64,000 nt of DNA from positions 64,001 to 128,000 of the IMG/VR virus record IMGVR_UViG_3300025141_016157; one strand, 5' to 3'. This document shows, piece by piece, positions 40,068-50,400 of the stretch. Under the pieces are notes generated by a model that saw only the letters and a program-made list of their open reading frames with translations, had not been told where the DNA came from and searched no databases. The position numbers were made by a program, and so were the translations under genes. Positions within the stretch are counted from its first letter, which is position 1. The number at the start of each line of letters is the position of its first letter. Source of the stretch: a virus.

Positions 40068-40703
40068 ATGATTATTACAGAGAAAAGGATAAGAGAAATT
40101 GTTCTCGAAGAAATTATAAGAGAGCAAGAAGAAGTCAATCAAGATTGTCCAATTCCATTTCTTGCTGCCATATTAGCCTCTGAAGCTCCCAATAGTGAAA
40201 GAGAGATGAGTGCCGTATATGATGTTATTATGAAACGAGCAGAAATAGGCTTTAAAGAAGTAAATACGGTCGATGGACAATTAAGAGTTCCCAGGCAATT
40301 CTCTGGATATACAAGATTTAGACCAGACGATACTGCATTTATTGCATACTATAGTGGTACTGCTCCAGATTCTGAATATTCAGTTTCAGCAGATAGAGTA
40401 GAAACAGAGAAGCTTATAAGAAGAAATCAATTTAAAAGAGCATGTGGTGTAATAGTCTCAGATTTTCAAGATCCCGGTAACCCAGATGCACCTACATATG
40501 GAGCAACTCATTTTGTAAATCCAAGAGCAGCATCGACAGATAACAAGTGGTGGGAACTAGATACGTTTAGACCGATTCCGATTAATAATGGATATATAGG
40601 TGATCATCTTTTTGGGTGGGACTTGACAACAAGACAGTCAAGAGAATCATATTTACAGTTTAGATCTAGCCATCCAGAATTTAGCAGTCTCTATCCGGAT
40701 TAA
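40068..40703 (+). CDS. SleB-like cell wall hydrolase with N-terminal tag
   Basis: ASEA (catalytic Glu), V..VI..R, QFS, GATHF, IGDH.F; N-terminus MIITEKRIREIVLEE. Confidence 0.75.
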   Translation: MIITEKRIREIVLEEIIREQEEVNQDCPIPFLAAILASEAPNSEREMSAVYDVIMKRAEIGFKEVNTVDGQLRVPRQFSGYTRFRPDDTAFIAYYSGTAPDSEYSVSADRVETEKLIRRNQFKRACGVIVSDFQDPGNPDAPTYGATHFVNPRAASTDNKWWELDTFRPIPINNGYIGDHLFGWDLTTRQSRESYLQFRSSHPEFSSLYPD

Positions 40704-40706
40704 GCT

Positions 40707-41366
40707 TTAATCTTCAAATTTTCTCAGCCTGGCAACACCATCTGTCACAGTAACATACGTCTGGTGTGTAACCCAGTCGCCTGCATTGATATATGTTTTA
40801 ATATTCTGATCTTCGTCAACCCATATTAAAGCTTCTGGTATGTGTGTATGACCCATAATAAACACATCAACTTTGGGATGGTGTCTAAGAATATTTATAA
40901 TTGATCTTAGCTTGTGCTTCTTAATTTGAATTTCCGTCCACCATGTTGTAAAGTCAAAGTTAAAAGTGAATTCAAGTATATTTTGAATAACAGATAGAAA
41001 TTTAACAAATACTCTATTTGCAAGAGCACCCTTGTCGTAAGAATCGCCGTGTTCAACTCTAAACACTCGGCCTTCATCTTCAAAGTCATACCTTTTAACA
41101 AATTCAACACCCATTATTTTTTTACCAACAACTCCCATTAAACCTTCGTCATGATTTCCAACTACATAGATAATTCTTTTTGCATCACCCATTTTTTCAA
41201 GTATCTGAAGACATCTTTCTGTAAAGACAGGTATCTTTATAAAATCTATAATATCACCAGCGAGAACAAGCTCATCACAATCCTCAGACTCTAAAAATGA
41301 TAAAAGCTCGAGAGACTTATAGAACCTAGTCCCAATATGTGTATCAGATATAATAACTCTTTTCAT
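40707..41366 (-). CDS. Calcineurin-like metallophosphoesterase (LpxH-like)
   Basis: ISD.H, GD..D, GNHD, HGD, GHTH, N.GDW. Confidence 0.88.
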   Translation of the reverse strand: MKRVIISDTHIGTRFYKSLELLSFLESEDCDELVLAGDIIDFIKIPVFTERCLQILEKMGDAKRIIYVVGNHDEGLMGVVGKKIMGVEFVKRYDFEDEGRVFRVEHGDSYDKGALANRVFVKFLSVIQNILEFTFNFDFTTWWTEIQIKKHKLRSIINILRHHPKVDVFIMGHTHIPEALIWVDEDQNIKTYINAGDWVTHQTYVTVTDGVARLRKFED

Positions 41367-41459
41367 TGAACAGTTTGCTAACCTTATATTAATATTATAT
41401 ACAGAACTACAAGGTGTACTATACTTGTGTTACTGAAGTTTAAAAATAAAGGAAAAAAA

Positions 41460-41702
41460 ATGACAGATACAAAAAACACATCAATGGCTTTTAGCGATGA
41501 GGTAATTGGACAAATTGCAAAACTAGTCCAACTAGCAATTATTACAGGGACAGATATTGTTGATAATTTAAGGATGATGCGTGTAACTCTTGATGGAGAA
41601 ACTGATGTTCTTACACTAACTGAAGAATATCGTGAAATATCAGAGGCTCAGGTTGAAAAGCTTATGCAAGAAGTAGAGGCACTTCAATCAGAAGAGGTGT
41701 AA
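41460..41702 (+). CDS. Hypothetical protein
   Basis: ATG at 41460 after AAGGA; QLA..TGTD.VD.LR. Confidence 0.7.
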   Translation: MTDTKNTSMAFSDEVIGQIAKLVQLAIITGTDIVDNLRMMRVTLDGETDVLTLTEEYREISEAQVEKLMQEVEALQSEEV

Positions 41703-41705
41703 GCT

Positions 41706-42077
41706 ATGGAAGATAGACTCTTAGAAATATTTAGGAGAAGAGAATCTTTTATGAAGAGCCTTGGTGATTCTTCCGGAGAATCTATGAACTGGCCACTTGA
41801 TTTATCAAAAAAAGAAAATCAGCAACATGTCAGGGATATGGCACTAAGAGGTGTCGAAGAGATGTTTGAAGCACTTCAGCATTTAAAAAACTGGAAACCT
41901 CATCGGAAAACAGAAATAACTGAATTTGATAGAGAAGAATTTCTTGAAGAGATTGTAGATGCATTTAATTATTTTCTATCGATTCTTGTCCTTACAGGAT
42001 TTGATGATAATGATTTAATTGATGCATACAGAAGAAAAGACAAGATTATAAATGAAAGATTGAGGACTGGATATTGA
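41706..42077 (+). CDS. All-alpha dNTP pyrophosphatase (dimeric dUTPase/dCTPase-like)
   Basis: EE..E, WKPH, EE.VD..NY, Y..K...N..R...GY. Confidence 0.8.
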   Translation: MEDRLLEIFRRRESFMKSLGDSSGESMNWPLDLSKKENQQHVRDMALRGVEEMFEALQHLKNWKPHRKTEITEFDREEFLEEIVDAFNYFLSILVLTGFDDNDLIDAYRRKDKIINERLRTGY

Positions 42078-42985
42078 AAGTTAAAAAGCTATTTGAAGAT
42101 CAGAATTATTTTTCAAAGATGATAGGTACTGTGTGTAACACATCAGAAGATCTTGATAACTTTACAAAAACCCTATCTCTTGCACTTCATAAAGAAGTAA
42201 GTGATCTTGTATCTGCTACTAACTATAGATCTCACACTGATGATAGTATGGTTCCAGATGCAGACAAGATACTTTTTGAATCAGTAGATGTAATTAGATA
42301 TGCAGTAGCTATAATGAATGCGTGGAGCATAACTCCTGAAAAATTTCAAAAAGCATGGATACTAAAGGACAAGTATCTTTCACTTTCAAGAAAGATTGAA
42401 GGAAATACTTGGAAAGGGGAAAAAGTTGCAATTGTTGATATGGACGATGTTCTTTGTGAGTTTAGAGTAGGATTTTCAAATTGGCTAAATAAAAACTACA
42501 GCGTTATAACTGATGTAGAATCAAAAGAGTATTATTTTATTAATGCTCTTGAAAAAGCAGGTATAAACCCAGAGGGAATATTTTTAAAATTTGTATCTGA
42601 AGATGGATTCTCATCTTTAAAGCCAGCATCCGGTGCAATAGATTTTATTAAATCTCTTCAGGAGAAAGGTTATTTTATTCATATATTGACTGCAAGGCCA
42701 GGAGATAATCTAAGATGTCTTTATAATACACTTGACTGGCTTGACTCAAACAATGTCTGCTTTGACAAGGTTAGCTTCTCATCAGAAAAACTGAGATGGT
42801 GCATGCAATCAGAATACTGGTCATCAGGTGCAATAGAGTTTGCAATAGATGATTCACCTAAACATGCAGCAGAATATGCAAAACATGATATAAGAGTTCT
42901 TTTGCCAAGAAAGACTTATAATACAGAGGTTCAAAGTCTTTCAAATGTAATTGTCTATGATTCTTTCCTAGATATTGATATTTAA
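42074..42985 (+). CDS. Degenerate all-alpha dNTPase domain fused to HAD 5'-nucleotidase
   Basis: N-terminal KE..DL..E.VD..RY; C-terminal VDMDDVL, LTAR, K, IDD.P, YN. Confidence 0.75.
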   Translation: MKVKKLFEDQNYFSKMIGTVCNTSEDLDNFTKTLSLALHKEVSDLVSATNYRSHTDDSMVPDADKILFESVDVIRYAVAIMNAWSITPEKFQKAWILKDKYLSLSRKIEGNTWKGEKVAIVDMDDVLCEFRVGFSNWLNKNYSVITDVESKEYYFINALEKAGINPEGIFLKFVSEDGFSSLKPASGAIDFIKSLQEKGYFIHILTARPGDNLRCLYNTLDWLDSNNVCFDKVSFSSEKLRWCMQSEYWSSGAIEFAIDDSPKHAAEYAKHDIRVLLPRKTYNTEVQSLSNVIVYDSFLDIDI

Positions 42986-43084
42986 TTTATCCAATGATTA
43001 AGAATTTTCTGCAGCAGTTGAATAATTAAACATGTTAACTGCTATAATTGTAGAAATAAATTTATTAACGAAATAGAGGAAAAG

Positions 43085-44017
43085 ATGAAGCTAACTCAAA
43101 AATCTTTAAAGAAAATTATTCTTAGCGAGCTTAGAAGGTCCATATCAGAACAAGCACGAGATGCGGGTGACGTCCCCGGGGGCCAGGCACCAGCACGAGG
43201 CACCCAAGCCTATGCTGACAGCCAGAGAGAAATATGGGGTGTCTCTGATGAAGATCTCGAAAGAGAGCGCATCCAGAAACAGGCAGACGAGCGAGGAATA
43301 TCTTTTGAAGAAATGGAGGCTATTCTTGCTCATATGGATTCCCCAGAGTACCGCAGAGAACAATACCTAAGACAGCAAGAACAGGCACGTGCCCATGCAC
43401 GGGATGAAGGAAACTGGCCTGAGCCAAGGACTGGCAATATGTATGAAATCATTGGTGATCCACACAGCGTTGATATTCAAAACGGATTGAAGTGGTTGTG
43501 GCTTGGTGCAGTCCGGGACTCTAAGGTTTTGGAAGGTGTTGCTAAACAGTTCACCCCTAGAGTTCCAGCTGAGGGTGAGTACTTGGCAGGTTTTTCTTCT
43601 CCGATGTGGGCATTGGTTGATCACAGGGACGAAAATGGTGTATATACACAGCTTGTCACTCAGCCCGTGGGTGAGAGGCGAAGAGGCGCAGAGATATGCA
43701 GAATCACCGTCGAATACATTATGAAAGTATCGGGCGATCAAGTAGATTGTGAAATGGCATGGAACAGTGATATGGTTAGACCAGGTAGCCAGCTTGCGCG
43801 AATGATGGACGCAGCAGTTCAGGCAGTAAATGGTTCATCAGCTTCTTTCCCTGCATCGCTAAAATTCTTTCCTGATGGACGAACTGAGGGAGCAAACGCA
43901 GAAGTTCCAGCCTCAGAAGACGAAGTACCGGTTGCAATTCTTGAATTCACAGGAGGCGAGGTTGTGGCGCTGGTCAACATGGACTTCGGTTTTCGCGTTA
44001 GCCCATATGCTCGATAA
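43085..44017 (+). CDS. Hypothetical protein with N-terminal tag
   Basis: 310 aa; MKLTQKSLKKIILSE; GAGG RBS; ATAATTA upstream. Confidence 0.8.
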   Translation: MKLTQKSLKKIILSELRRSISEQARDAGDVPGGQAPARGTQAYADSQREIWGVSDEDLERERIQKQADERGISFEEMEAILAHMDSPEYRREQYLRQQEQARAHARDEGNWPEPRTGNMYEIIGDPHSVDIQNGLKWLWLGAVRDSKVLEGVAKQFTPRVPAEGEYLAGFSSPMWALVDHRDENGVYTQLVTQPVGERRRGAEICRITVEYIMKVSGDQVDCEMAWNSDMVRPGSQLARMMDAAVQAVNGSSASFPASLKFFPDGRTEGANAEVPASEDEVPVAILEFTGGEVVALVNMDFGFRVSPYAR

Positions 44018-44075
44018 TAGACTGACAAATTATGAACACTTCGCATTGTTTTTTTCATAGTTGAGTTTTTTTATA

Positions 44076-44104
44076 TTGTAAACTTTAATTTCTTGCTGTA
44101 TTGT
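44076..44104 (+). promoter_or_regulatory. sigma70-like promoter
   Basis: TTGTAA-N17-TATTGT. Confidence 0.55.
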
Positions 44105-44129
44105 ATAAATGTAAAGCACAGGAGGAAAT

Positions 44130-44558
44130 ATGTTTCGTTTTACCCTACTCACGCCCCTACTTTTTTCACTCTCAGCATACGGAGATATTCCACCAGATAA
44201 TATTCGCATTGAATCTACTCTGGTTGGAAATGCTCCTATAGAGATTCCTGAGAGTGATTGCTCTTCTCCCATTTCAAACTCTATTGTTAAGTTTTTAGAT
44301 ACGGGATCAATGTGCATTGAAGGTGTTCGTGCCCATATTGATGGAAGAGGTTGTAATACAATTTTCTGGGAAAGGGGTTCTGATAATGAATATATCTTCT
44401 TTTGCAAGACAAGAGATACATGTGATATTACTCATGTAGGAAGATTTATTGCATACCCGACTTCACTTCCCGCACCTGAGATTTATTCTAGAAATCCTGC
44501 TATTTGCGAAGATTCAAATTATATTATTTTTCATGAACAAAATAATGTTAGTGAATAA
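44130..44558 (+). CDS. Exported Cys-rich hypothetical protein
   Basis: AGGAGG RBS; signal-peptide-like MFRFTLLTPLLFSLSAYG; six Cys. Confidence 0.7.
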   Translation: MFRFTLLTPLLFSLSAYGDIPPDNIRIESTLVGNAPIEIPESDCSSPISNSIVKFLDTGSMCIEGVRAHIDGRGCNTIFWERGSDNEYIFFCKTRDTCDITHVGRFIAYPTSLPAPEIYSRNPAICEDSNYIIFHEQNNVSE

Positions 44559-44588
44559 AATTAACTAGCGTTAAATATAGGAATACAG

Positions 44589-45575
44589 ATGCCAAAAAAT
44601 AAAAACTTAGAACCAGTTACTTTTCCAATGAAGATTAGATTTGACGAGGATCCGAGCACTGAGTTTAAGAATGATCTTGAATCAATTAATATTTCACTAC
44701 TAGACCATCCCGACCCGCTTAGGGCAAGAAGGATGGTGTACCAATTTATTAATGCAACATGGGAAGATGAGCCCGGTCTTCACAATCCAGACGATGTAGA
44801 TGACTGGAAGCTTTTTCAAGCACTAGAAGCTGCGCTTCAGTTCAAAGCTTTGCCTACAGTCTTGGAGACGCTTGATTTTACATTTAGAATTGAAGGAATC
44901 GATGTCCAGACAGTTACACATTTAATTCGGCATAGAACAGGATCTTTCTCTGCTCAGTGTACAGGAGACAGGTGGCAATCTCATGCAAATGCATTAGTTC
45001 CCGGTCCCATTCAGAATAGTCCTGAGATTTATGAAAGATGGAAAAGTCTAGTTGTTGAGTCAAAGAAGCTTTATTGTGACATGATTGATACAAGGAAGAT
45101 TTCGATTATGGATGCACGAACAATTCTTCCAAAGTGTCTCGAGACACATTATTACGCACGCTTTAATATGAAAGATCTTCTAAACTTTATTAGACAAAGA
45201 ATGGATAAGCAAATTCAGCCAACAACTGACAATATTATTGCATATCAGATGTACTTAGCCGTTGCAAGAATATTTCCAGAAGTTACAACAGTCGTGAATA
45301 TGCACTCACCTTCGAGACATTATGTTGCTACTGCAAGAACCGGAAAGGCAACAAATCTTTATTTTCCAGATAAAGATTCTGATTCGTTTGACTGGCACCC
45401 TAATGACTTTATCTACTCAGCATATCGCGATGAAGTAAATGGTACAGACCCAGATCTCGGCGGAAGAGAAAACTTTAAATTTTCAGAATTGGCATCAATG
45501 TACGATAGACAGGTCAATGACCTTGTAGAAAAGTACAATGAGTGGAAAGAAACTGTCGGATTTGAATCACCATAG
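44589..45575 (+). CDS. thyX: Divergent flavin-dependent thymidylate synthase-like protein
   Basis: E...FTF.I.G......H..RHR..SF, DAR.ILP, N...L..F...R. Confidence 0.75.
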   Translation: MPKNKNLEPVTFPMKIRFDEDPSTEFKNDLESINISLLDHPDPLRARRMVYQFINATWEDEPGLHNPDDVDDWKLFQALEAALQFKALPTVLETLDFTFRIEGIDVQTVTHLIRHRTGSFSAQCTGDRWQSHANALVPGPIQNSPEIYERWKSLVVESKKLYCDMIDTRKISIMDARTILPKCLETHYYARFNMKDLLNFIRQRMDKQIQPTTDNIIAYQMYLAVARIFPEVTTVVNMHSPSRHYVATARTGKATNLYFPDKDSDSFDWHPNDFIYSAYRDEVNGTDPDLGGRENFKFSELASMYDRQVNDLVEKYNEWKETVGFESP

Positions 45576-45583
45576 GCGAAAAA

Positions 45584-46000
45584 ATGTCTTTTTCAGATTC
45601 ATTTAGCATGATTGAATCATGGCTTTTTGAAAAGGATTATGAAGTCTTGTACGAGACTGATGGTCAAGATGCTGTTTATTTTGGCTGTAAGCAAATTATT
45701 CTTAACAGTAGAAACCATATTGAAAAGAGACTATATATACTTTTGCACGAATGTGGTCACATACTAATAAATAGCAACTCTTTCGACAGGGTATTTTCCC
45801 TTAGCAGCGAAACAGAAGCTATAATGGGCGGTAGAAAAGTTTCTAGAAAAAGAAGAGTTGCAAAGCTAACAGAGGAAATTGAAGCCTGGAAACGAGGTGA
45901 GAATCTTGCAAGAAGGCTTGGGATAGAAATAAATGAAGAAAAGTTTGATAGAATACGTGCGAATGCTATTATGAGCTATATCGAATGGGCAAGAGATTAG
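45584..46000 (+). CDS. Small zincin (HExxH; IrrE/ImmA-like)
   Basis: LLHECGH and EE..AW..G. Confidence 0.75.
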   Translation: MSFSDSFSMIESWLFEKDYEVLYETDGQDAVYFGCKQIILNSRNHIEKRLYILLHECGHILINSNSFDRVFSLSSETEAIMGGRKVSRKRRVAKLTEEIEAWKRGENLARRLGIEINEEKFDRIRANAIMSYIEWARD

Positions 46001-46809
46001 CTCACTGAATGTTTAATATTTGTGTAGAGCTTAGTTAGAAATTTCTCTAGAGATTTTCTATCATTCTTTAATGTTTCTTTATATCTGGAAACTATTCCAG
46101 CAAGATCAGAGTCTTGCCTTTTGATAAGTGAAAGCGCTTCTTCTTGCGTGTATTTATCTAAAAGCTGCTCAGATGCTTCATATGCAAATGCATCAATTTC
46201 ATTATGAAGGCTAAGGTAGTCTTCCTGCGTTCCGCCTTTTGACAACTGCTTGGGATCGTTCTGTAGTTCTTCCCATGCCTCTTCTTCACTAATCCCTTTG
46301 CTTTCTGCCTGTTTCTTAAGTTGATTATAGTGAACTAGTTCATGGTTGATAGTTCGTGATATTATCTTTGATAGCTCTGTAGAGTCTAAGTCATCCATAT
46401 CATACTCATCAGAGTAGGGTCTAAACTCAAGCCATATAATGTGTTTCCCATTTTCAGGACCTCTGTATTGACCTCTCATCATCCAGTTGCTAGGATATCC
46501 TCCATATTCATCTCCCGGTCCTAAAGTATATAGCTCATTATCTGTAACACTGAGGAAAAAATATAGATCTGTACCAAGATCACTAGCAGATGTATTTAGT
46601 GCATCCATAAGAGTTTCAATTGCAGGAGTTGACCAGGTCGACTCATCAACAAGATCTACATCATTTTCATTGTGAGCCATTTCCCAAAACTTAGAATCGA
46701 CAATTCCTTGAAAAATAGCTGATGTCAATTCTTTATCAGGTGCTGTTGATTCACACAGCAAGATCTCTTCCTTGATGATCTGTCTTAATTGCCTGCGTGT
46801 GATTTTCAT
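45997..46809 (-). CDS. Zincin (HExxH) protein with N-terminal tag
   Basis: MKITRRQLRQIIKEE; HELVHYNQ; Y....EIDAFA. Confidence 0.82.
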   Translation of the reverse strand: MKITRRQLRQIIKEEILLCESTAPDKELTSAIFQGIVDSKFWEMAHNENDVDLVDESTWSTPAIETLMDALNTSASDLGTDLYFFLSVTDNELYTLGPGDEYGGYPSNWMMRGQYRGPENGKHIIWLEFRPYSDEYDMDDLDSTELSKIISRTINHELVHYNQLKKQAESKGISEEEAWEELQNDPKQLSKGGTQEDYLSLHNEIDAFAYEASEQLLDKYTQEEALSLIKRQDSDLAGIVSRYKETLKNDRKSLEKFLTKLYTNIKHSVS

Positions 46810-46856
46810 GTTTAAACCCTGTTAGATAATAATTATTTCACTTTTTCTAATTTATT

Positions 46857-46885
46857 TTAAAAACTACTTGCGACAAAGTTATAAT
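46857..46885 (+). promoter_or_regulatory. sigma70-like promoter
   Basis: TTAAAA-N17-TATAAT. Confidence 0.55.
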
Positions 46886-46915
46886 CATCTATACTATAAA
46901 CAAGGAGAAATAGTA

Positions 46916-47356
46916 ATGAAAGCGTATCTTGCAAGTTCATGGTTTAACCCTGTTGCAAATCAAGAGGTTGATGATATTATCTCATCACTTGAGAACAATA
47001 ACTTTGAGGTATTTTCACCTCGTGATTTTTTTGTTTGTCCGCCAACTGCTGACCTGGCAACACAAAAGTCAACCTATGAGGGAAATCTTGAACATCTTCA
47101 CAAGTGTGATTTTATGGTTTGTAATACTCATGGAAAAGATATGGGTTCAATTTTTGAAGCTGGATATTTTAAAGCACTTGAAAAGCCTATCGTTTATTTC
47201 TGCGCTGGGCTGCCCGCAGGGGCGGCATTCAACTTAATGTTGGCACAGAGCGGAGTAAAAGTATGCACATCTATTGATGAGCTTAATGACTACATGGCAC
47301 GCTGTAACTCAGAGGGTAAGCTTCTTTTCGAGCCATACTATGGAAATATTGAGTAG
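46916..47356 (+). CDS. Nucleoside 2-deoxyribosyltransferase/nucleotide N-glycosidase family
   Basis: YLAS.WF, VFSP, D.G..FE.GY..AL.KP, NLML; start at 46916 (AAGGAG RBS). Confidence 0.85.
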   Translation: MKAYLASSWFNPVANQEVDDIISSLENNNFEVFSPRDFFVCPPTADLATQKSTYEGNLEHLHKCDFMVCNTHGKDMGSIFEAGYFKALEKPIVYFCAGLPAGAAFNLMLAQSGVKVCTSIDELNDYMARCNSEGKLLFEPYYGNIE

Positions 47357-47375
47357 AATTTAATAACATCGTTGC

Positions 47376-47404
47376 GTGTAAATTTGGCTAATTTATTTTA
47401 TAAT
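47376..47404 (+). promoter_or_regulatory. sigma70-like promoter for dnaE
   Basis: GTGTAA-N17-TATAAT. Confidence 0.6.
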
Positions 47405-47420
47405 AAATTGAGGAATATAA

Positions 47421-50400
47421 ATGTCATCTATTATTAAACCCAAGAAGTTTGTCGGTCTACATGCACATTCTGGAACAGGTAGTCCGTATGACGGTCTTGG
47501 ATATCCAAACCAGCATATTGACTTTGTCTTGTCAAATGAAATGAATGCATGGGCACTGACTGATCACGGTAACGGTAACGGTCTTGCCCATGCACATGCT
47601 TATGCAAAGAAGCTAAAGAAGAAAGGTAGGGATTATCGACAGATTTATGGTGTTGAGTTTTACTTTGTACCTTCATTGCTTGAATGGCGTGAATCTTACG
47701 AAGCACATCGTGAAGAAGTTCGTGCAGCAAGGTCTGAAAAGAAGTTAAAAGAGTCAACAGATATTAACTCTGAAGATGAGATTTCTGGAGGTCTTATAAT
47801 TGAAAATGAAGATGAGACAAAAAATGATTTCGAGAAAAACGATTGGAAGAGGCGATATCACCTAGTTGTCATCGCAAAGAATCAAATTGGTCTACAGAAT
47901 CTTTTCACTCTTGTCAAGAAGTCTTATACAGATGGTTTCTACAGATTCCCTAGAATTGATTACAATCTTCTCAAGATGCACGGTGAGGGTCTTGTAGTAA
48001 GTACAGCATGCATTGGTGGCTATCCCTCATCTTTAATTGCTAGAGGGGAGGCAACAGGCAAGTCTGATAGTGATATTATTCTAGATTTAGAAAACATGTC
48101 TGATAGATTTATTGATGCCGTAGGCAGGAAAAACTTTAATCTAGAAGTTCAATTTAACTCTCTATCAATGCAACATAAAACCAATAAGCATCTTATTTCT
48201 CTACATGAGAAAACAGGTATACCGCTTGTCGCTACTGCTGATAGTCACTACTATGGTAGAAATATGTGGGAAGCACGAGAATTGTATAGAAAACTCGGCC
48301 GCATGGGTGCAAGAGGAGATGCAATGCCGTCACTTCCAGCTTTTGAAGACTTGAAGTGTGAGCTCTATCCCAAGAATGCTGAACAAATGTGGGATGAGTA
48401 TAAACAGCATGCTTCAAGCTATGATTTCTACAAGGGTAAAGATCAGCTAATAGCTGATGCAATTGAAAGATCTTACGATATTGCATGGGAACAATGCGAA
48501 GATGTCTGGTTTGATGAGGAGGCAAAGCTTCCAAGATTTGGTACACCGACAGACTCAGCATTCAATCAGCTAGCACGAAGAGTTAAAGAGGCACTAGTTA
48601 AAGAAGACCTTCATAAAGATCAAGAATATGTTGATCGTGCAAAGATGGAGCTAGATGATATCAAGTATCTTGGATTTGAAAACTATTTCCTAACTATGAC
48701 AAAGGTTTTTGACCTAGCATCACAAAGCACTATTATCGGCCCAGGTCGCGGCTCTGGCGCTGGATCACTAGTTAACTACTTGCTAGGAATTACAACAACA
48801 GACCCGATTAAATATGGGCTTCTATGGGAGAGATTTCTTCACAGGGCAAAGGCAGGATGGCCAGACATTGATACAGATGCTGGTGATAGAGATGTCCTGA
48901 TCAATGCTTCAAGAGAACTTTTCGGAGAAGAGTCTGTTGTTCCAGTTTCCAATTTTAATACACTTAAGCTTAAGTCCCTTGTTAAGGATGTTTCAAAGTT
49001 TTATGGTATTGACTTTGGCGAAGTTAACGCAATGACAAATACTTTAGAAAAAGATGTTATGCATAAAGCTATGGGTGATCATGAAGAAAGATCAACATAT
49101 GTTCTTACACATGAAGATTGTATGAAGTACTCGCAGAAGTATTCTGATTTTATGGATGAATACCCGAAGGTAAGTGAACATGTCCAGAATCTTTTTATGG
49201 AGTCTAGATCAATTGGTAGACATGCTGGGGGTGTTTTAATCTGCCCGAATCTCGAGAAGCATATGCCCGTTATTAAGGTAAGGGGCGAATTGCAAACACC
49301 ATGGTCTGAAGGTATGAACTTTAGACATCTTGAAACAAACGGATTTCTTAAGTTTGATTTTCTCGGTCTAACAACACTTAAGATGGTCGAAGATTGTACA
49401 AGACTTATTCTTAGAAAGCAAGGCAATCTATCACCTACGTTTGCTGATATTCAAAAGTTCTTTGATGAAAAGATGAATTGTAGATATAATGATCTTGATG
49501 ATCAAAATGTATGGGAGCATGTTTACCATAAGGGTCGGTTTGTACAGGTATTCCAGTTTACCCAGCAAGGCGCAAGAAACTTTTGCACTTCTGCAAAGCC
49601 AAGTACTATTGAAGAATTAGCAACAATTACAGCAATCTATCGGCCAGGACCTCTTTCTGCTGGTGTTCATAGAAAGTACGTAAAAGCTAAGAAGTCAGTT
49701 GAGGATGGTAAACCTATTGAGTATGATCACCCTGTTATCGAAGAGATTCTAAGCGAAACTTACGGCTTTATCTCGTTCCAAGAGCAGTTCATGCTCTTAG
49801 CACAGAAGCTAGCTAATTTTGACAAGGGTGCATCAGATAAGATGCGTAAGACACTAGTTAAGAAATCACTCGATTCAAATGCTGCAAAGGTTCAAGAAAG
49901 AATTGACCTTCACAAGAAGTTTGTCAACGGTGCAGTTGAGATATCTGGGATGGATAAGGACAAGGCTGAGAAGCTCTATGAGACAATTGAATTCTTCTCT
50001 GGGTATGGCTTCAATAAGTCGCATGCAGTGTCCTACGCCATTGATTCCTATTACTCTGCATGGCTTCACACATACTATGAAAAAGAATGGCTTGCAACAT
50101 GCTTGCAAACACAAAATGGCTCTAGTAAGTTTGGAAAGGTCATCTCTGAGATTAAATCACTAGGATATACAATTTTACCGCCTGACATCAACGCCTCTTC
50201 TGATGTCTGGGTTTACAGTGATGAGAGGGGAGGCTTTGTCCCACCTCTAACAGCAATCAAGGGTGTTGGCGACGCTGCCGTTGCAGAGATTATGGAAAGG
50301 AGACCATTCTCCAGTCTTGATGAGATGATGTTTACTGAGGATGGCAAGTGGCGACCATCAAAGATGAACAAGACATGTTTTAGCTCACTTTCTTTGGTCG

